A stretch of 64,000 bases of DNA. It comes from Nitrospirota bacterium. GTDB taxonomy: Bacteria > Nitrospirota > UBA9217. The notes under the pieces were generated by a model. It ran no database searches. It saw nothing but the letters and a program-made list of their open reading frames with translations, and was not told the origin of the DNA. The stretch's first letter is position 1, and each line of letters begins with the position of its first letter. The DNA is taken from NCBI GenBank assembly GCA_963845065.1, contig CAWJQQ010000001.1:768001-832000 (forward strand), given 5' to 3'. Positions 10,973 through 20,556 of the stretch are shown in pieces. The position numbers and the translations under genes are program-made.

Positions 10973-11443
10973 ATGAAGAATCATGTTTTTAGACCGCTAT
11001 TCGTGGTCATTGGTATGGTCATCCTGATATTACTGGCCAGAATGGTTTTCGTCCCCAAGGATTTCGGCATACAAGAGCGTGGGTTCATGTATGGCTGGCA
11101 CCGCAAGGGGAATGAAGAAGACTGGAAGAATTTCAAGGTAAAGTATCAAGGGAAAGAATACTGCAAGGATTGTCATTCCGACAAGTACGACAGCATCAAT
11201 AAAACTCCGCACAGAATCATTCAGTGCGAGAACTGCCATGGCCCGGCAATCGATCATCCATCGGATCCGCCGAAGCTGACTATCGACAGGAGCAGGGCGC
11301 TCTGTCTCCGGTGCCATTTCCCGCTCCCATACCCCACGAGCGGACGGGCGAATATCAGGAGCATTGATCCGGAAAAGCACAATCCTGGTATAGAGTGTTC
11401 GACTTGTCATAATCCGCACAATCCGATGGAGGGTCTGAGATGA
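10973..11443 (+). CDS. Membrane-anchored tetraheme cytochrome c (module 1)
   Basis: N-terminal TM helix; CKDCH, CENCH, CLRCH, CSTCH. Confidence 0.9.
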   Translation: MKNHVFRPLFVVIGMVILILLARMVFVPKDFGIQERGFMYGWHRKGNEEDWKNFKVKYQGKEYCKDCHSDKYDSINKTPHRIIQCENCHGPAIDHPSDPPKLTIDRSRALCLRCHFPLPYPTSGRANIRSIDPEKHNPGIECSTCHNPHNPMEGLR

Positions 11444-12228
11444 TAACGCGTAGGGATTTTTTCAAAAAAACAGCGATGGGCATCGCCGGGGTGGCACTAC
11501 CCTTGGCCGCCTTGGAAATTATAGATCCTAAAAAACTGTTCGCCGAGATCGCGGCTGAAACGACGTCCGTTCGTTGGGCATTTTTAGTCGACACCTACAA
11601 ATGTGTTGGATGCGGTCTGTGTGTCAAGGCCTGCAAGTTGGAAAACGAAGTGCCTTATGACGCAAACGCGACGAGGACGTGGATCGAACGATACGTCCTG
11701 ACGAAAAAGGGGAGATTATACGCCGACACACCCAAAGGCGGCCGCGATGGTTTTACAACCACGAAGATCGATGAGAATGAAGACGGCCTTAAGGACATTA
11801 GCAGCGAGGGTATAGAGAAAGCATTCTTCGTGCCGAAACTGTGCAACCAATGCGAAAATCCACCTTGCGTGCAGGTATGCCCCGTGGGTGCCACATATCA
11901 GACGGCGGATGGAGTTGTGCTCGTTGACCGGACCTGGTGCATCGGTTGTGGCTATTGCATTATGGCCTGTCCCTATGGCGTACGTTTTTTCCACCCGGTC
12001 TATCATACCGCGGAGAAATGCACATTCTGCTACCACCGGATCACTAAAGGTTTGAAAACAGCTTGCGTGCAGGCATGTCCATTCGGCGCGCGCCAGATCG
12101 GGAACATTAAAGACCCTAACGACCCAGTGACAAAGGTTATCAGAACACAGCGGGTAGGCGTGTTAAAAAGCGAGTACGGAACGAAACCGCAGGTCTATTA
12201 CATCGGCCTGGATGAGGAGGTCAGATAA
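11440..12228 (+). CDS. Tat-exported 4Fe-4S protein, NrfC/DsrO-like (module 1)
   Basis: TRRDFFK Tat signal; CVGCGLC..AC, CNQCENPPCVQVCP, CIGCGYCIMACP and CTFC...CVQACP. Confidence 0.92.
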   Translation: MITRRDFFKKTAMGIAGVALPLAALEIIDPKKLFAEIAAETTSVRWAFLVDTYKCVGCGLCVKACKLENEVPYDANATRTWIERYVLTKKGRLYADTPKGGRDGFTTTKIDENEDGLKDISSEGIEKAFFVPKLCNQCENPPCVQVCPVGATYQTADGVVLVDRTWCIGCGYCIMACPYGVRFFHPVYHTAEKCTFCYHRITKGLKTACVQACPFGARQIGNIKDPNDPVTKVIRTQRVGVLKSEYGTKPQVYYIGLDEEVR

Positions 12229-12229
12229 C

Positions 12230-13483
12230 ATGGTACATGGAGAACTTTGGACCGTAAAAGAACTGTTTGTTTTGCCGAACGAATATATTTACTGGAGTGT
12301 CCAGATCGTGATGTATCCTTTTATGACAGGGCTCGTTGCGGGAGCCTTCGTGCTGTCATCCCTTTACCATGTGTTCGGTGTTCAAAAGCTTAAGGACATG
12401 GCACGTTTTGCACTCGTCTTTTCCTTCTCACTACTGTTTGCTGCGCCAATACCAATCATACTTCATCTGCAGTTTCCCTTCCGCAGCTTGGAGCTATTCA
12501 TGACGCCGCACTTCACCTCGGCCATTGCCGCCTTCGGTATTGTGTTCTCAGCCTACGGTGCCATCGTAGCGTCGGAGCTGTGGTTCCTGTATCGCAAGCA
12601 CTTCGTAGAAGTGTCACTCAGGCTCCGAGAAAAGCAGGACAAGACATTGACAGAATGGTTTAGTTATTTGGTTTTCTGCTCACTTACGTTGGGTGTATAC
12701 GACGTCAGTGAAGAGGCGCTGCACCGTGACGAGAAAGCGATCAAAGTCCTCGCCAGTGCCGGCATTCCCGTAGCCTGCTTCCTCCATGGATATGCGGGCT
12801 TCATCTTCGGATCAGTGAAAGCCAATGCGCTCTGGATGACGCCGCTCATGCCGGTCATCTTTATCGTTTCCGCCATCGTGTCGGGCATTGCGCTCTGCAT
12901 GCTCACCTATATCGTGACCATGGAGCTCCGGAAATACTTGGCTGCGCGCAAGAAAGCATCCTCTCCAGATTACCGGACATCGGCCGAGCTCAAGAGCGTT
13001 GAGATCAGCGTCATTAAGATGACAGCAAAATACCTGCTGGCTTTCATGGTGTTGGCAATCAGCCTTGAATTTTTGGACATCATTTTCCGGGGCTATACGG
13101 CCGTGAAGTCCTGGGACATTTTGCGAAGCATCATCTACGAACGCGATTTCTTCGATATCTTTATTAAGCAGTACGCGATCGGCAACCTTTTACCACTTAT
13201 TATATTCCTCGCGCCAGGGCTGACTATACGAAGAACAGTGGTTGGCACCATCCTTGTGCTCTTCGGCGTCTTTATGATGCGGTGGAACGTTGTGATCGGC
13301 GGTCAGGCATTTTCGCTGACTTTCGCAGGGTTCATGCATTATCACCTTCCTATTGTCCCGCATAGTTGGGAGACGTTCAAAGAAGGTGCTACCGGTGCCA
13401 TCAGCATTTTCATCTTGCCTTTTGTCCTGTTCTGGGTCATAAGTCATATTTTCCCCATATTCGAGTACAAGGAAGCCCATTAA
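12230..13483 (+). CDS. NrfD/PsrC-family quinone-interacting membrane subunit (module 1)
   Basis: Multi-TM; W...I..YPFMTGLVAGAF, HL..PFR, HGYAGFIFG and RWNVVIGGQ. Confidence 0.88.
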   Translation: MVHGELWTVKELFVLPNEYIYWSVQIVMYPFMTGLVAGAFVLSSLYHVFGVQKLKDMARFALVFSFSLLFAAPIPIILHLQFPFRSLELFMTPHFTSAIAAFGIVFSAYGAIVASELWFLYRKHFVEVSLRLREKQDKTLTEWFSYLVFCSLTLGVYDVSEEALHRDEKAIKVLASAGIPVACFLHGYAGFIFGSVKANALWMTPLMPVIFIVSAIVSGIALCMLTYIVTMELRKYLAARKKASSPDYRTSAELKSVEISVIKMTAKYLLAFMVLAISLEFLDIIFRGYTAVKSWDILRSIIYERDFFDIFIKQYAIGNLLPLIIFLAPGLTIRRTVVGTILVLFGVFMMRWNVVIGGQAFSLTFAGFMHYHLPIVPHSWETFKEGATGAISIFILPFVLFWVISHIFPIFEYKEAH

Positions 13484-13636
13484 GGCAATTCAACAGAGAG
13501 CATTCTCCCGGGAGATCATCTCCCGGGAGATAATCTCAAATTAAAATTAGAACTTGCTTTCTCTACTGTGGGTCTCTACAATAATGCAACATTTAACCAC
13601 AGAATTTCGACCTCAAACCGGAAACGGGGAAATGAT

Positions 13637-14155
13637 ATGGAAGAAAAGAAAGTAAGCCGGCTACTTTGTTTTACTGCATTTATTTTTCTCGCCCTCTTTA
13701 CCGCGCGTCTTCATGCTCAAGAACAGGATATCCCGAAAAAATTCTTTGTTCCGCCTCCCCCATTTACTCCCGGTATTTTCCCCTGCTCGCAGTGCCATCA
13801 GGGGATGCCCGTTAACAAACACCCGCGAAAGCTGGAAATGCATCAGGAAATTGCGGAATCGTTAAAGCATATACCCGGCGGCTGGTGTTTCGACTGCCAC
13901 AACCCAGACAACCGGGATAAATTGCGGCTCGCGAACGGGAAACTGGTGAGCTTTGAAGAGTCCTACATTCTTTGCGGCCAGTGCCACGGGATAATTCTGC
14001 GCGAGTGGAAGGCTGGTCTGCACGGAAAGAGGACCGGTATGTGGAACGGCGAGAAGATGTACCGGCTCTGCGTACAATGCCACTGGCCGCACGCTCCGCG
14101 GTTTAAGCCGATCAAACCGCTTCCGCCGCCAGAGAGACCGATAGACATTAAGTAA
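13637..14155 (+). CDS. Periplasmic tetraheme cytochrome c (module 2)
   Basis: Signal peptide; CSQCH, CFDCH, CGQCH, CVQCH; start taken at MEEKK. Confidence 0.88.
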   Translation: MEEKKVSRLLCFTAFIFLALFTARLHAQEQDIPKKFFVPPPPFTPGIFPCSQCHQGMPVNKHPRKLEMHQEIAESLKHIPGGWCFDCHNPDNRDKLRLANGKLVSFEESYILCGQCHGIILREWKAGLHGKRTGMWNGEKMYRLCVQCHWPHAPRFKPIKPLPPPERPIDIK

Positions 14156-14167
14156 TTTATAACAAGG

Positions 14168-15106
14168 ATGAGGAGACCGATGCGAAAAATCGTAAAGAAA
14201 AGAGACGGAATCCATCTCGACCGGAGGAGCTTTCTCAAAGGTGCGGCTCTCGGACTTGCGGGAACGGCACTGCCTTTTAAGAATGCCGATGCTTCATTCT
14301 GGGAGTCTTTTTTTCAGAAACATTTTAAAGAAATGAACAATGCCGAGATCAAGCAAGTTCTCAGCCGTCTCGAACAGGAATACGAAGAAAAGTATAAAAA
14401 AGCGATCACCGTTGGCAATGAAAAGGCGATTCCGGGAGTCCAGTTCGGATATGGTCTCGACCTTTCCCGCTGCATTGGCTGCAGGAGATGTGAATATGCC
14501 TGCGTAGACGAGAACAACCAGTCCAAAGACCCGCAGATCCACTGGATTTCAGTACTGCGATTCAAGAAGGGCGGAAAATGGGTCGACCTAGAAAACTCAG
14601 AGAAATACTACAACCCGGAGCTCGTGCCGGAGGAGGACTACTTCTACATGCCAGTCCAGTGCCAGCAGTGCGAGAACCCTCCCTGTGTGCGCGTCTGTCC
14701 CACGCAGGCCACCTGGAAGGAGCCTGATGGGATCGTGGTCGTGGATTACAACTGGTGCATCGGTTGCCGTTATTGTATGGCAGCATGTCCTTACGGAGCG
14801 CGCCATTTTAACTGGGCAGAGCCAGGCCGGAAGTCCGAGGATATTAACCCGAAGACGCACTATCTCGGTAATCGTCCGCGGTATAAGGGAGTTGTGGAAA
14901 AGTGCACGTTTTGTATCCAGCGGACGCGAAACGGCCGCTACCCCGCTTGTGTTGAGGCGTGTCCCGTGGGCGCGCGGAAGTTCGGCAACCTGCTTGACCC
15001 GAATAGCGAGGTTCGTTATGCCATAGAACACAAGCGAGTGTTCCGGCTAAAAGAAGACCTGAATACCTATCCTAAGTTCTACTATTTCTTCGCGTACGGC
15101 GTATAG
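14168..15106 (+). CDS. 4Fe-4S protein, NrfC/DsrO-like (module 2)
   Basis: DRRSFLK Tat-like motif; four Cys clusters (CIGCRRC, CQQCENPPC, CIGCRYC, CTFC). Confidence 0.92.
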   Translation: MRRPMRKIVKKRDGIHLDRRSFLKGAALGLAGTALPFKNADASFWESFFQKHFKEMNNAEIKQVLSRLEQEYEEKYKKAITVGNEKAIPGVQFGYGLDLSRCIGCRRCEYACVDENNQSKDPQIHWISVLRFKKGGKWVDLENSEKYYNPELVPEEDYFYMPVQCQQCENPPCVRVCPTQATWKEPDGIVVVDYNWCIGCRYCMAACPYGARHFNWAEPGRKSEDINPKTHYLGNRPRYKGVVEKCTFCIQRTRNGRYPACVEACPVGARKFGNLLDPNSEVRYAIEHKRVFRLKEDLNTYPKFYYFFAYGV

Positions 15107-15117
15107 GAGGCTCACTC

Positions 15118-16332
15118 ATGGGCAACTTATTTAAAAATTTTTTTATCGCCTTGCGTCAGGTTTTCATCGGGAACCGTGCTTATTATCTCTGGGTGGCGTT
15201 CCTAGCCCTTTTTATTTGCCTCGGGTTCAGCGCTTATATCCAGCAGCTGAATCGCGGTCTTATCACAACGGCGATGAGGGACCAGGTCTCATGGGGATTG
15301 TTCATTTCTAACTTCGTATTTCTTGTCGGTGTAGCAGCTGCCGCGGTTCTGCTTGTCGTGCCAGCGTACCTTTATCATTTTAAGCCGATCAAGGAAATTG
15401 TGCTCTTTGGCGAACTGCTTGCGGTAACTGCGATTATGATGTGTCTCATGTTCATCCTCGTCGACATGGGAAATCCCACGCGTGTTTGGCATATACTGCC
15501 GTTCATCGGTGCCATGCACTTCCCTGCGTCGTTATTGGCCTGGGACGTGGTCGTGCTGAACGGCTATCTTGCGATCAATGGCATTATCGTCTTTTATGTC
15601 CTCTATCGGCTTTCGATTGGGAAAGAATACAATATGTCCGTGATCGGCCCCCTGATCATTCTTTCGATTCCCTGGGCTGTCAGCATTCACACTGTAACTG
15701 CGTTCCTCTTTAACGGATTGTCCTCTCGTCCGTTCTGGAACGCCTCGATCCTGGCACCGAGGTTTCTCGCTTCAGCGTTTTGTTCGGGCCCTGCAATCAT
15801 GTTGGTTTTATTCCAGATCATCAGAAAGCTGTCGGATGTGGAGATCGATAACAAGGCAATCTTCAAAATCGCCGAATTGATCGCTTATGCCATGGCAATA
15901 AACCTCTTCCTCTTGGGCGCAGAGGCGTTCAAGGAATTTTATTCAGGCGGCGTTGACAGCGATTCCATCCGGTATCTGTACTTTGGTCTTCACGGCAAAA
16001 ACGGTTTCGTTCCCTGGATCTGGGCAGCAACGATTATGAATACTACAGCATTCTTCCTTTTTCTTTTCCCAAAGACGAGAGAGAATTTTATGACGCTTAA
16101 CCTGGGCTGTATACTCATTATTATGGGCGTGTATATCGAGAAGGGGATGGGGCTCATAGTGCCCGGTTTTATCCCCGATACTTTGGGTGAAATTTATGAA
16201 TACTCTCCGACGAGGGCGGAAATCCTCATCACGATGGGAATATGGGCATGCGGAGCGCTCCTGTATACCCTTTTACTGAAATTTGCCGTCCCGATTTATA
16301 CGGGAAGGCTAAGGTTCGAAACAAAAGAATAA
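15118..16332 (+). CDS. NrfD/DsrP-like membrane subunit (module 2)
   Basis: VSWGLFISNFVFLVGVAA, DMGNP.R, SIHTVTAFL, RPFWN..ILAPRFLASAF and IEKGMGL motifs. Confidence 0.88.
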   Translation: MGNLFKNFFIALRQVFIGNRAYYLWVAFLALFICLGFSAYIQQLNRGLITTAMRDQVSWGLFISNFVFLVGVAAAAVLLVVPAYLYHFKPIKEIVLFGELLAVTAIMMCLMFILVDMGNPTRVWHILPFIGAMHFPASLLAWDVVVLNGYLAINGIIVFYVLYRLSIGKEYNMSVIGPLIILSIPWAVSIHTVTAFLFNGLSSRPFWNASILAPRFLASAFCSGPAIMLVLFQIIRKLSDVEIDNKAIFKIAELIAYAMAINLFLLGAEAFKEFYSGGVDSDSIRYLYFGLHGKNGFVPWIWAATIMNTTAFFLFLFPKTRENFMTLNLGCILIIMGVYIEKGMGLIVPGFIPDTLGEIYEYSPTRAEILITMGIWACGALLYTLLLKFAVPIYTGRLRFETKE

Positions 16333-16462
16333 AATTAATGAAATGGTGGTCGATCCTCGCAAGGCAACGGAGTACGGTCATTCGGTCATTGCCATGAGTC
16401 CATATCCGGTCTGGCGGTTTGCGAATCGTTGATCAGGTGTCCGATAATACTTATCCTCATCC

Positions 16463-16500
16463 TCAGGGGCAGTCAAGCTAGACTGCCCCTGATTTTGTTT
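16463..16500 (+). terminator. Intrinsic terminator hairpin downstream of the NrfD operon
   Basis: TCAGGGGCAGTC-aagcta-GACTGCCCCTGA followed by a T-rich tract. Confidence 0.75.
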
Positions 16501-16805
16501 CACCCTATCCATACTCCGATGTCTTATAGATGTATTGTCATCAGCATATCAGATGAGGCAATTTCATAAATTCCACATGCGCGATTTGAGCCTGCTCCGG
16601 CATGCTTAAAACCGGAGGTATATATTGCAAAAAGTTTTAAGGACAAGCCGGAGCGATGAATACTTGTTGCCAAGATCTGCTTGACGGTGTATCTAACCAT
16701 TCTTGAGAGCTATGTATTGCGTTTGTTTCCAACGGATTGGCGGAATCTGATGATCTAGAGTATTGTAGCATGCAGATAGTTGGAGAACAGCTGAGAGGAA
16801 TTTAG

Positions 16806-16838
16806 AAAGCTGCCGGCGTTGATAACACCGGCAGCTTA
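16806..16838 (-). terminator. Terminator hairpin of the Rieske/cytochrome b/cytochrome c operon
   Basis: AAGCTGCCGG...CCGGCAGCTT just past the stop at 16852. Confidence 0.7.
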
Positions 16839-16851
16839 TTTGAAGATCCTG

Positions 16852-17700
16852 TTACTCGTTGGGCTGGTTCAGGAGGAAAACGACGATGCCCATTCCGGCA
16901 AACGCTAGCATCAGGAAGGCAGAGAAGTTCTTTCTGAATTTTAATTCCCGATAAGTTGTCTTGATATTGTTGTCGATCTTATCCAGACGCGAAGTAAATT
17001 CGTCGGTTCGGTCCTTGACGAGGTTGACATCCACTGTGTGGAAGAGCGCACGGTATTCTGCCTGTGTACTGAACAAGTTTCTTTCATCAGTAACAGGATA
17101 GATGCCTTCACGTTTTAATTCTTCGAGATTTTTCCCGAGCTCTTCGATTTTGTTTTCGGTTAGGAAAAGTGCTTGTTTCATGACTTTAGCGCGCTCATAG
17201 GTATGACACTTGGTGCACAATTGCTCGCTGATGATACTGATGCTCGCCTTCTGGATATTGTGGGACCCATGGCAGGTCACGCAGTTGGGGGCCTTATGGC
17301 CGGACATGAGCGCTTTGCCATGGCCGCTTTCCAGGTAATTGGTGACAATAGCGATATGGCATTTTCCGCAGAATTCAGGGACGCTTTTTGGTTGCGGGAT
17401 GCCTATGAAACCCCGTTCGCGCGACATAGCCAACGCAGCATCCTTGGGGTCACCGCCGTGGCAGTTCTCGCAGGAGATGTTGTTCTGGGCATGCCAGCTG
17501 GCCCGCCACTCTTCGGTGATATCCCTGTATTCGGGTTTCATCTTGTCCGATGAATGGCAAGAGATACAGACGTTCTCCTCGATCTGGACACCGGCCCAGG
17601 TCTTTGTCATAAACTCATTTTCGAATTCCTGCTTATACCCCGCTGTTCCCACGGAGGGAAGCATGAAGAGCATCATCACGGAAATGATAAGATATCTCAT
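16852..17700 (-). CDS. Pentaheme cytochrome c with C-terminal membrane anchor
   Basis: Signal peptide (MRYLII); CISCH, CENCH, CGKCH, CVTCH, CTKCH; helical region and C-terminal TM helix. Confidence 0.9.
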   Translation of the reverse strand: MRYLIISVMMLFMLPSVGTAGYKQEFENEFMTKTWAGVQIEENVCISCHSSDKMKPEYRDITEEWRASWHAQNNISCENCHGGDPKDAALAMSRERGFIGIPQPKSVPEFCGKCHIAIVTNYLESGHGKALMSGHKAPNCVTCHGSHNIQKASISIISEQLCTKCHTYERAKVMKQALFLTENKIEELGKNLEELKREGIYPVTDERNLFSTQAEYRALFHTVDVNLVKDRTDEFTSRLDKIDNNIKTTYRELKFRKNFSAFLMLAFAGMGIVVFLLNQPNE

Positions 17701-18794
17701 TATGACCTCCCCCAGTATAACAGCACAACCCATGAAATAAGCAGGAATAAGAACACGCCCCGCAATATGGGCCGCTTCATGACGTTTTTCTCCTTTTCTG
17801 TGTCAAGGAATGGCCAGATGAGAAGTACGACGAGCAGGATTAGCTGCAGCGTGATGCCAAAAAATTTATTTGGAATGAGCTTCATCAGCTGATATGGTGC
17901 CAGTAAATACCAAGCGGGCTTGATTTCCATCGGCGTCCTTAACGGGTCTGCCGGTGAATTTATCGCATTGGGGAAATAAAGGGTCGGCAAGAAGGTAATA
18001 ATGAAGAACATGATAGCGAAGTACGCCATCATCATGTACATCTGCTTCTGGAAAAAGCTTGGATAGTACGGATAACCATCAGGATAAATTTTTCGTTTGT
18101 ACTCCGTCAGGGGTCGTTGTTCTTCGTCGATTTTCCCAAAGGGGGTCGCTGAAATGCCCGTTCGGTTTATTAGGAACAGGTGGATGCCGACCAGAATAAG
18201 GAAAATAGAGGGAAGGATTGCGATATGGAGAGCGAAAAACCTGCTGAGCGTCATCCCTGTCACATGGTCTCCACCCCTCAGGATTTGCGCAATTGGTTCT
18301 CCGATTAAAGGGAAAGTCGTCGGCATCGACGTTACAACGGTTGTCGCCCAGTAACTCAACTGGTTCCAGGGAAGGAGATAACCGCTGAATCCGAATATGA
18401 TCGTTATAAAGAGCAGCAGAACACCGCCGAGCCACGTGAGTTCTCTTGGACGTTTATAATTGCCCATCAGAAATACGGTGACCATGTGCAGCATAACTAC
18501 CAGAATCATGAGGTTGCTGCCCACGGTATGCATTTCACGAAACAACCAGCCATAGGGCACTTTCGTCATGATTGTTTCCTGGACGCTGCTGAACGCGTAG
18601 TCAGGATGGGGGACGTAATAGACCAGCAAGATTATGCCCGTGAATGCCTCGACGATAAAGGCGATGACGGCCAAAAAGCCCAGTGTATAAAAAATATTTG
18701 TGTTCTTAGGGATTCGATAGTCGATCACCTGGTTCTGAATGATTGCATCCAGACCGATTCGCACATCAAGCCAATGTCTAATATTTTTCCACAT
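17700..18794 (-). CDS. Cytochrome b of a Rieske/cytochrome b complex
   Basis: GWLFREMH...LHM, RPRELTW, GYLLPW.Q.SYWA and RFFALH...IH; Qo motif reads PAWY. Confidence 0.93.
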   Translation of the reverse strand: MWKNIRHWLDVRIGLDAIIQNQVIDYRIPKNTNIFYTLGFLAVIAFIVEAFTGIILLVYYVPHPDYAFSSVQETIMTKVPYGWLFREMHTVGSNLMILVVMLHMVTVFLMGNYKRPRELTWLGGVLLLFITIIFGFSGYLLPWNQLSYWATTVVTSMPTTFPLIGEPIAQILRGGDHVTGMTLSRFFALHIAILPSIFLILVGIHLFLINRTGISATPFGKIDEEQRPLTEYKRKIYPDGYPYYPSFFQKQMYMMMAYFAIMFFIITFLPTLYFPNAINSPADPLRTPMEIKPAWYLLAPYQLMKLIPNKFFGITLQLILLVVLLIWPFLDTEKEKNVMKRPILRGVFLFLLISWVVLLYWGRS

Positions 18795-18798
18795 AGTA

Positions 18799-19212
18799 TC
18801 ACCCTATTATAATGTTATCGCCTTCAATTTTCAGCGGAATGACAGTTAGCGGTTTCGGAGGGGGGCCTGATTCGACGTTCCCATCGAGGTCATAGGTGCC
18901 GGCATGACAGGGGCATATTAATTTCTGCCTGCTTTTGCTAAACTCGACGAGGCACCCGAGGTGCGTGCATGTCCTCGTTAAAGCAATGAAACCCTTATCG
19001 GGCCGGTTGATCAGTACAGCAGGAGCATCCTGGTAGACGATATTCTTTGCTTCCCCTGAAGGGATTTCACTCTTGCGGACGATGAGCTTCTGGGCATCTG
19101 CAGCTCTGGTAGGGAGCGCTGTGAGAAATTTTAGAATGGAAAAAACAAAAGAGAAAACTGTAATTGATCCGAGAAAGGCTAGGATGACTTTCAGAAATCT
19201 GCGCCTCTTCAT
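18799..19212 (-). CDS. Rieske iron-sulfur protein
   Basis: RRRFLK Tat anchor; CTHLGC and CPCH boxes; GPPPKPL. Confidence 0.93.
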   Translation of the reverse strand: MKRRRFLKVILAFLGSITVFSFVFSILKFLTALPTRAADAQKLIVRKSEIPSGEAKNIVYQDAPAVLINRPDKGFIALTRTCTHLGCLVEFSKSRQKLICPCHAGTYDLDGNVESGPPPKPLTVIPLKIEGDNIIIG

Positions 19213-19345
19213 CATTCCTCCGATCCACTGGTGAATTTTTTTTCGTGAGTTAAAACTAACAAAAATGCAAATTATTGTCAAGTTAATAAGTTTCAGTACC
19301 GCACAATCTTGGTAATAAAAGCCACGGTAAATTCGTTAGAAAGTA

Positions 19346-19374
19346 TTGACATTATTATCTTTGTATGTTATAAA
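19346..19374 (+). promoter_or_regulatory. sigma70-type promoter for the 11-heme cytochrome; a weaker divergent promoter lies at about 19254-19282
   Basis: TTGACA-17 nt-TATAAA with extended TG; on the minus strand TTGACA-17-TAGTTT upstream of the Rieske gene. Confidence 0.55.
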
Positions 19375-19435
19375 TGCTCGCTTAGTTCTTAGGAAGCTAA
19401 AGCTACAATTTTGGTTTGATTATGTAGGGGGGGAT

Positions 19436-20452
19436 ATGAAATTGGTCGAGTGGTTTAAAGCAAAGAGTGCGAAGTTAATCGAGCGCCTCAAGGAACCAAT
19501 GTCCTTGAAGGCGAAACTGTTCATCACAGTTCTTCTGCTCATCATCGTCTGCGGTGGAGGTTATGTTTCATATAGGTTTTACGACTTCACGCAGAACAAT
19601 CCCAAGTTTTGTGTGGGCTGCCATTTGATGCAGCCTGCGTATGAAAGTTGGTCGAAGAGCGAGCACAAGTCTCTGAACTGCCATGACTGCCATCACCTGA
19701 CCGTCCCGGAGCAAAACGAACTCCTTATCAATTTCGTACTGCATCGTCCGACGAGCGTTCCCGCACGCCATAGGGGTCAGGTCATCGTGCCTGAGAAGAC
19801 TTGTGAAAAGTGCCACACCGAGGGGACGGCCGAGCGCATCAACACGTCGATGTTCCACGCCAAACATGTTTTTATGGAGCAGATAGAATGCACGGAGTGC
19901 CACGGCGAAGTAAAACCCGACAAGAGCGGCTTGCACCATTTTCTTCCCACCGAGAAATTCTGCACCAAGTGCCACCAGAACAGGCAAGTACATGGTGTCG
20001 GCATGGGTGGCTTGGCCTGCATCAACTGCCATACCGACCGGACGCAAGATCTCAAGCCCGGGCGTTTCAAGTGTCTCTATTGTCATAGCTCGGATGAGAG
20101 CATCAAGCAGAAGCTTAAGTCGGATAATTCCATGGATGTGAGGTTCTTTACCCCCGATCCGGCGACGGTCAAGAAGGCGACGAAAATTGCCCTCGCCAAG
20201 AATTCTCCCATGCAGTTCTACTGCTATCAATGCCATAAACCCCATGTCCAGGGCAAGGTTCTGCCAAACAACGAAGTGTGTCTGAGTTGTCATACCGGCA
20301 TTCCGAAGACCAGCAAGCACAAGCTGCACCTTGATATGGACATGAAGTGCAAAGATTGTCATAAGCCGCACCTCTGGACGGTGACTGAGGCATCGGCCAA
20401 AAAAGACTGCGTAAAGTGCCATGAGTACCGTAGCCCGAAGGCGTTTCTCTAA
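19436..20452 (+). CDS. Membrane-anchored 11-heme cytochrome c with NapC/NirT-like N-terminus
   Basis: TM helix then T.NNPKFCVGCH.M...Y.SW..S.H; 11 CXXCH motifs counted; start at MKLVEW. Confidence 0.9.
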   Translation: MKLVEWFKAKSAKLIERLKEPMSLKAKLFITVLLLIIVCGGGYVSYRFYDFTQNNPKFCVGCHLMQPAYESWSKSEHKSLNCHDCHHLTVPEQNELLINFVLHRPTSVPARHRGQVIVPEKTCEKCHTEGTAERINTSMFHAKHVFMEQIECTECHGEVKPDKSGLHHFLPTEKFCTKCHQNRQVHGVGMGGLACINCHTDRTQDLKPGRFKCLYCHSSDESIKQKLKSDNSMDVRFFTPDPATVKKATKIALAKNSPMQFYCYQCHKPHVQGKVLPNNEVCLSCHTGIPKTSKHKLHLDMDMKCKDCHKPHLWTVTEASAKKDCVKCHEYRSPKAFL

Positions 20453-20556
20453 AGTTATTATCTCCAGAGCGCAGGATATCCAGTATTTCGGCAACATCCC
20501 GCGCTCGTACTCTTGAGATGCTTATTAAATTCTATGCGAAAGGAGGTGAAACCAGA

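Noticed and set aside
19568..20497. 309-aa minus-strand ORF
   Set aside because: Antisense shadow of the 11-heme cytochrome gene; no motifs
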